Below the pieces are notes generated by a model. The model saw only the letters and a program-made list of their open reading frames with translations. It had not been told where the DNA came from and did not search any database. 64,000 bases of DNA, from assembly GCA_030770535.1 (NCBI GenBank), contig JASVEC010000017.1, positions 558,001-622,000 on the forward strand, given 5' to 3'. The translations under genes were made by a program, and so were the position numbers. This document shows, piece by piece, positions 57,721 through 64,000 of this stretch. Positions within the stretch are counted from its first letter, which is position 1, and each line of letters begins with the position of its first letter. The stretch comes from Batkoa obscura. Lineage: Eukaryota.

Positions 57721-59548
57721 TCATTCATGTTCAATAGGAGTAGTTATCAATTTCCCATCTACAATAGTAGTTTTAAATTGTTCAGGAATAGCTCTTTCAA
57801 CAAAGTCCTCTACTTCCTCGTCTCCCACCTCTGTCTTAGTTGGTAATAATACATTAATCTGACTCGATTTAGCTGTAGTAATTTCAGTATTCAACCCCTC
57901 CTTAGATAAATATAATTGTAAACCATCCGTTTTATCAATAACTACCATAGGGGTACTTTTGAGGATTTGAACTTGACATGAACTACTATTAATAATATCC
58001 ACAGAAGCTATAGCCGTATCTAATACCACACCACTTTTTTTGCAACTATCTGTAAAAATGAAATGTTATTTCTGTATTATTTGACTGTAATATTAATTAT
58101 TAAATTACCTAATATAACTCCATTACATTTTCCTTTAATTTCAATGGTTGTATTGTTACAATTAAAGATATAAACTAATTGTTTAAATTCTGTTGGTTCA
58201 ATAGTTATCATACCACTTTGATGATATTGCTAATTAAAATCAATAAGAATTATTAGTATTATTAGATTATAATTAATTAATTTAATTTAATCAAAACTTA
58301 CAACTAACCATTTATGCCCATCTAATTTAGTCTCTGCTTCTTTAATGGAAGCTGGGGTCACTTTACCTGGTGATGGACGAGCTAATGTTATTGTAAAAAT
58401 TCGATTAGTTTCAATATTTAAATTCATATAATTGATTTACCAGTTGATCTAGCTGGAGGAACTACTTGATTTAAAATAGGTTGATTTTTTTGAGATTTAT
58501 CCACTTTTTTAAGTCCTGAAGTTACATTTTCACCCTGATTAATTTCATTAAAAATAGAATTAATACCACCTTTATTATTATTATCATTTTCTTCTTTTAA
58601 TAAATCTTGAAATAATGGAGCGGGTGGGGGTGGGGGTGGTAAATTAGTATTTGAACTTGATTTTAAACTTGTTGGTTTAGGTGGTTTAGGTGGTGGTGAA
58701 GTAGTGTTGTTGGAAATGGATAAGGAATTGTTCCATTCAATACCATTTGGATTCCAGGTTAAACCAGTTTTAAAGTAAGTATTAACATAATCATATAACT
58801 CATTTAATAATTTGAAATAACTTTTAATCCATTCATGATGTTTTGGGTCTCTAAAATTCAATGTTAATTAATATTTATTCTAATTTTTCTATTTTGTTAT
58901 TTAAAATTTACTTTTCTTTATATTCTTTAATCACTTTAAACCCATAAAATTGACTTGATTCAATTTGATCTTTAACACTAGAAGCGCATTCTGGTTCCTA
59001 AATAGTTAAAATAATTAATTCATTAATTATATCTAAAAAATTCATTCATTTAAAAATTCACTTACAACTAAAAACCAAGAAAAAGCAGGGGCACCTGAGG
59101 ACACAGCAGATAAATGATTAAAAAAAGGAGAAGCTCTATTATTATCCGTGATATTTAATATTTGATCTAAAATTTTTTGACTTGAAGACCAAATTTCACT
59201 CACTTTTTCATTGCTGCTTGGTTTCTTACATTGAAGTGATAATGGTAATATTTTTTTACTTTCAAGATAAAGAGATTCAATTAAGTCACTTTGGCTTGAA
59301 ATTAATGGATCAAGAGAAGAGGAAAGAGATTTATATTCTTGAATAACAGATAAAAGTTTTTCATCATATTTTTTAATACTTTCGGGTAGCTCACTGGAAC
59401 TGGATAAGGTTGCAGTGGACACAATTGATTTTTCACTAGGTTTAGAATCCTCCTTTTTACTTTTTGAAATAGATAGACTTTCCAATCGAGAGGTAGCTTG
59501 TTCTAGTCGTTTTAATAAAACGGCTAAAGTACTCGAATGTTCACTCAT
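57721..59548 (-). CDS. SRV2: Adenylyl cyclase-associated protein (CAP/Srv2), multi-exon
   Basis: LLKRLEQATSRLE, FNHLSAVS, TGLTWNP, poly-Pro, INQGENVTSGLKKVDK, IDKTDG, PEQF. Confidence 0.95.
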
Positions 59549-60364
59549 TGTTTGTTGACCTTGATTTGCTTTAATTAAATGAAGGACTTTCTAAGTATTA
59601 ATTTTTATTAGTAGTGATTCAATAGTGTTTGATTGGTTGTTTATAATGAGTGGCGTTCTTGGTGTTTTTACTTGGGAAAGAAAGATAAATAAGATAGTTT
59701 TATTGGTTAGAGTGAGAAAGAGAACCAAGGAATGAACAATTCTGAAGAGTTTTGATTAAATTGGTTGGTGGAAGAAGATCTAGGCGTTTTTGGTGAGAAT
59801 GTTTTTTCAAATTTGAATTATTTCAATTTAGAATAAGTGAACAAATAGTTTTGGTTATTATGTAATATAATTAGTTTATATTTTAAAATTATTCCAGTTT
59901 ATTCATATATTAATTTTTATCATGAATTCACTAATTTAATTTATAAACCAACAAAGATAAATACTTTACAAAATAAAAAATAGCTATTACATTGATAAAA
60001 AAATTATTTATTTATTTTATTAAAATTTTAAAATTGAGATTGAGTAAAATAAGGTTATAAATCAAGTTTGAAAATAAAGACTATTATTTTATCTTCTACT
60101 AATAAGATGATATAAAAGTGATCAATTATCTTCTATCTGGTAATTAGTGAAAAACATTCATTACTTTTGTATAAACATTCGAAATTCTACCTATCAAATA
60201 AACTATCATAAGATATCTATCTCAATTCTATAAAAAGTGACTAAAAAAATATTCAATTCAATTCATATAAAACCATTTCTAATAAATTTAAAACCATGAT
60301 AATTTAAAAATTTCTATTATTCTTGTAAAAAAAAAACTTCCTATTCCACTTCAATTCACTTCTC

Positions 60365-60748
60365 TTATTGTTCCATATTTAATGCTTTTTTAATCTCTTG
60401 ATTTTCACTTAGTCTTTTCGATAACCTTTCGGATACCAAAAAGAATTTAAACACGCATTTTTCTAAACATTTATTCTAAATAAAATGAATTACTTCAACT
60501 TTTTTAAATAATTAATAATAATCCTTTACCTCTTTTTCAGTTATTAAATCCGTGGTTAAATCTCTATTACAATCAGTAAAACACCTTTCATTTAATTTTA
60601 TAATGGAATCAATCGTGTCTTTTTGCTTTAAATTATTTAATTAGGAATCAAATTTACTATTATATAAAATAAAAGTTACTTGTATTTTAGTTAATATTCT
60701 ATTAAATTTTAATTGATCTTCATAATTCATTCGAGTTGGGTCAATCAT
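60365..60748 (-). CDS. Small Tim (Tim9-like) paralog; exons 60748-60680, 60625-60530, 60475-60365; not in the ORF track
   Basis: Spliced MIDPTRMNYEDQLKFNRILTKIQ|QKDTIDSIIKLNERCFTDCNRDLTTDLITEKE|NKCLEKCVFKFFLVSERL; twin CX3C. Confidence 0.85.
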
Positions 60749-60957
60749 TTTAAATAGTAATAGTCGATTATTTTTATTTAAAAGATAATATTTTTGATTT
60801 TAAAATATCAATTTTATTTTATTTGGATAGATTGAAATTTCAATCCAATAATTGCAATTCTCTTCACTTTTTGCAATCCATTTGAACTCGTTTATCTTCT
60901 AAAATATTGATATCTATTGTTTGTTTTTATTATATTCATTAAAAACTAGATTAAAAA

Positions 60958-61469
60958 ATGAATCGTGGTTTAAGTTCAAGTGAAGAAAAAAAATTACAAG
61001 AATACTTAAATAAGAAACAAGTAAGTTTATTTATTTATTATTAGAATATTAACAACATGAACCATTTTATTATTGTTTCATTTATTTATTTGAATATTAA
61101 TAATTAAATTTTAAATTATAGGAAAATGAAGTAATGTTGTCTTATTTAAATCTCACTAAATCATGCTTTGATTCTTGTGTTAATGATTTTACTTCATCTT
61201 CGATTTCACCAAAAGAGGTAAGCATGAGTTCCTCTTTTTATAATTAATTAGTTATAAAGAATTGATTTCAATCCATTTATTTTTTATATAATGGTTATTC
61301 AATAACCCCTTTTTTTACTATACATAATGGTTTGAAATTGAAGTTTAATTTAATTTAATTTTAGGATAAATGTATTAGCTTATGTGTTAAAAAATTTTTA
61401 TCAGCTACTGAAAGGATCAATGCTAAATTTCAAGAAGAAAATATGAAGATGCAAGGTGGTATGAATTAA
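60958..61469 (+). CDS. TIM9: Small Tim (Tim9); exons 60958-61020, 61122-61217, 61365-61469; not in the ORF track
   Basis: Spliced MNRGLSSSEEKKLQEYLNKKQ|ENEVMLSYLNLTKSCFDSCVNDFTSSSISPKE|DKCISLCVKKFLSATERINAKFQEEN. Confidence 0.88.
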
Positions 61470-61919
61470 AAAACAATATAACAGATATATTAAACAAAAG
61501 AGTATATTAGAATTTAAGTTATTGAGTTTCCTTTTATTTGAAGTTATTTAATTAAATTTTTAAAATAAGTTTCATTTAGTTTGAATGTAAGATAAATTTA
61601 TTAGATTGATCTTTATCATTATTATTTGATTTTAAATTTATAATTGAAATTATTATCTAAAGCTTCTTCTATTTCTTTTGTGTAATAAAAAGCAACGACA
61701 TATAAAGTATCTTTAGTACTATATTATATCATCATTCTAAATATTATATAATGTCAATTGATTATTAATTAGATTCTTTAATTTCATACTTAAAAATAAA
61801 CGTAATATACCTCAAACAATATTTTATTAGTATTTATTCTATAAAATTAAATATTAGCAATAATAATATTAATAACAAATAGAAAATAGTTTATTTTATT
61901 CAATATATATATATATATA

Positions 61920-63236
61920 TTATTCAGCTAAAGGGACATATATTGGTAAATTATTAAAAGCATCAATTAATTGTTCATTTCTATTTTCAATTTGACGCAC
62001 CTTATTTGAATCAAGCCCATTTCTTCTCAACCATCGTTCTGGTAATGGTTTCCTTGGTTTTAATTTTTCACTATTAAAAATAGAGCTTGATCTACCAGCT
62101 CCATTACTATTATGAGTATTATTAATTGCTTTTGATTGTAATATTTTTAATACAGAATTAATATCTAATAAACCTAATTCACTTAATGCTGGATTAGTAA
62201 ATTTATTTCTTGGTAATTTAATAGCTCTAGATTCTTCTTTTTTAATTGGATAAACTTCATCATTGGGTTGTAATCTTCTTGGATATTCTGCATATTCATA
62301 ACAAAAGAAATTGATTTTAGAATTAAATGTTGAATATACATTTCGATTAAATGGTTTTAATAAATCATTCACTGATACTCGAAAATTATTAAATGCAAAT
62401 CCTTCATATTTAAAGTTGTATAAATTCCTCTTTTTCAACCAAAGATCATAAATTAAATCAACAAAAGCATGATGTAAATAGAATAAAGGGTCATTAGGAG
62501 AAATCGAAATACCAAAATCACCTGGATCAGAACCGATAGCAGTATGAGGGGAACCGTGAGCCATTTCCAATTCATAACTAAAATCTGAAAATAAATTCAT
62601 ATTTGTTAAAAATAACACTTCTTCAGGATTAGGAAAAGGTGAACAAACTTCCCCTTCATCATATCTTCTTGATAAACAATGAGGATAATCTACTAAAGTC
62701 ATCCAATTTTTAAATGGTCCTGATTTCACACAATAACCTTGATGTTTATCACCTTGTCCACCCATATAATAATCCGTTAATACAGGACTATTTTCTGGAT
62801 GACGAGCATCATGAGACCAATCCCAATAAGGTAATACAATATTTTGATCAATTTTTTGTAATTCTAATTCAAATAAACGAATGTAATATCGATGCCATGG
62901 AAGAAAGGCAGGTACCCCATGAGCTATATCATAATAACTTACATGTAATCGTACCATTTTTTCAAATTTTGTATACCGTTCATTAGGCTTTCTTTCATGT
63001 AATTTATTAATAGCATACATTAATCTATTATAATCTTCTTTACTTAAATCTCGTATTTCTTGTCTCAAAGCTGGTTTAATACATTGACCATTCTGGATAA
63101 TAGCCGAATTGTTATTACGATAATTCACAATAAAACCTAATCGCATTTCTTCTTCCATTGTTAAACTTTGAGTTTCATGGAGGAGTAATAATAATACAGT
63201 TACTATTAAATTATTAAGAATAGGAGTCAATCGCAT
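61920..63236 (-). CDS. Secreted tyrosinase (type-3 copper)
   Basis: R.EIR, H..AHGVPAFLPWHR, PYWDW, AHGSPH, SPNDPLFYLHHAFVD; signal peptide. Confidence 0.95.
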   Translation of the reverse strand: MRLTPILNNLIVTVLLLLLHETQSLTMEEEMRLGFIVNYRNNNSAIIQNGQCIKPALRQEIRDLSKEDYNRLMYAINKLHERKPNERYTKFEKMVRLHVSYYDIAHGVPAFLPWHRYYIRLFELELQKIDQNIVLPYWDWSHDARHPENSPVLTDYYMGGQGDKHQGYCVKSGPFKNWMTLVDYPHCLSRRYDEGEVCSPFPNPEEVLFLTNMNLFSDFSYELEMAHGSPHTAIGSDPGDFGISISPNDPLFYLHHAFVDLIYDLWLKKRNLYNFKYEGFAFNNFRVSVNDLLKPFNRNVYSTFNSKINFFCYEYAEYPRRLQPNDEVYPIKKEESRAIKLPRNKFTNPALSELGLLDINSVLKILQSKAINNTHNSNGAGRSSSIFNSEKLKPRKPLPERWLRRNGLDSNKVRQIENRNEQLIDAFNNLPIYVPLAE

Positions 63237-63578
63237 TTCTTATTTTGTATTAATAAAAGTAAAGTAATAATAAGGAATCTTTTTTTTAAAAAAAAAGTAA
63301 TCAACTAGCTGAGTTTATTCATTTTAATATTCTTCAATGTTGATCTTTTGAGTTATTTTTAAGAAAATTTCAAAAGTTTAATTGACATTGACGATTAATA
63401 AAATTTGACTAAATTTGGAAAATATTTTATATTCTTAAAATTTGCAAGATCAACTTCCAAATCATCTGTCAATCTAAAGATTATTAATATTGATATCAAG
63501 AAAGATAATAATTTATTATCATTGATTATTTACTATTGTATCAAATTTTAGTTTATTTTTTATTTATTAATATCTTTA

Positions 63579-64000
63579 ATGTTATTAAAAAATCATCAAA
63601 TATTCAGCTTCTTTTTAGTATCTTTATACTATCTATTAACGATAGAAGCCCAAAAATTAAGTATCAAATGTCGGAGCCCAAAACTACGTAAAGAAATTCG
63701 AGAACTAACAAATGAAGAGTATTTTCGATATATCAATGCAATAAAAAAGTTGCATAGTCGACCCTGGAAAGATCGATTATCCCAATATGAACGATTTAGT
63801 AAAACTCATGTTGAAAATAAACCATATGCTCATTCTAGACCTGCTTTTTTACCCTGGCATCGTCGATTTTTAAGAGAATATGAATTAGCATTACAAAAAA
63901 TTGATCCACGAATCATTTTACCTTATTGGGATTGGACCTTGGATTCAGATGAACCTCATTTATCACCCGTGTTGAGTAATAAATATATGGGTGGTAATGG
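63579..64000 (+). CDS. Second secreted tyrosinase, running off the window end; not in the ORF track
   Basis: MLLKNHQIFSFFLVSLYYLLTIEAQ...LRKEIRELT...THVENKPYAHSRPAFLPWHRRFL...LPYWDW. Confidence 0.93.
   Translation, partial: MLLKNHQIFSFFLVSLYYLLTIEAQKLSIKCRSPKLRKEIRELTNEEYFRYINAIKKLHSRPWKDRLSQYERFSKTHVENKPYAHSRPAFLPWHRRFLREYELALQKIDPRIILPYWDWTLDSDEPHLSPVLSNKYMGGN

Overview
A very AT-rich eukaryotic window with short GT-AG introns. It looks like an early-diverging fungus (inferred from gene content and composition only; Entomophthoromycotina or similar is plausible). From left to right: (1) the 3' end of an intact-looking Ty3/Gypsy element; (2) a divergent pair of a UPF0014 (FetB/STAR2/ALS3-like) membrane protein and an NRPS-independent siderophore (NIS) synthetase, sharing an intergenic region with five ATCWGATAA iron-GATA boxes; (3) tRNA-Asp; (4) an island of intronless low-complexity secreted proteins, including five Ser/Thr-rich paralogs with conserved GCCAAG/CTTGGC promoter boxes, plus a decayed NIS fragment; (5) a 1.7-kb near-identical inverted duplication that ends exactly at a tRNA-Ala 5' end and brackets 11.6 kb holding two identical Hsp20 genes, KIN17, Elongin A, a bacterial-type CAP protein, an atypical terpene-synthase-like gene and an F-box pseudogene; (6) a housekeeping block (SUA5, intronless RPB1 with a broken-up CTD, a PPR protein, a Harbinger relic, a Kelch protein, MME1, CAP/Srv2); (7) two consecutive head-to-head paralog pairs (Tim9-like x2, tyrosinase x2). 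A ~100-bp MITE family occurs about 8 times. All assignments come from motif recognition by eye; no searches were run.
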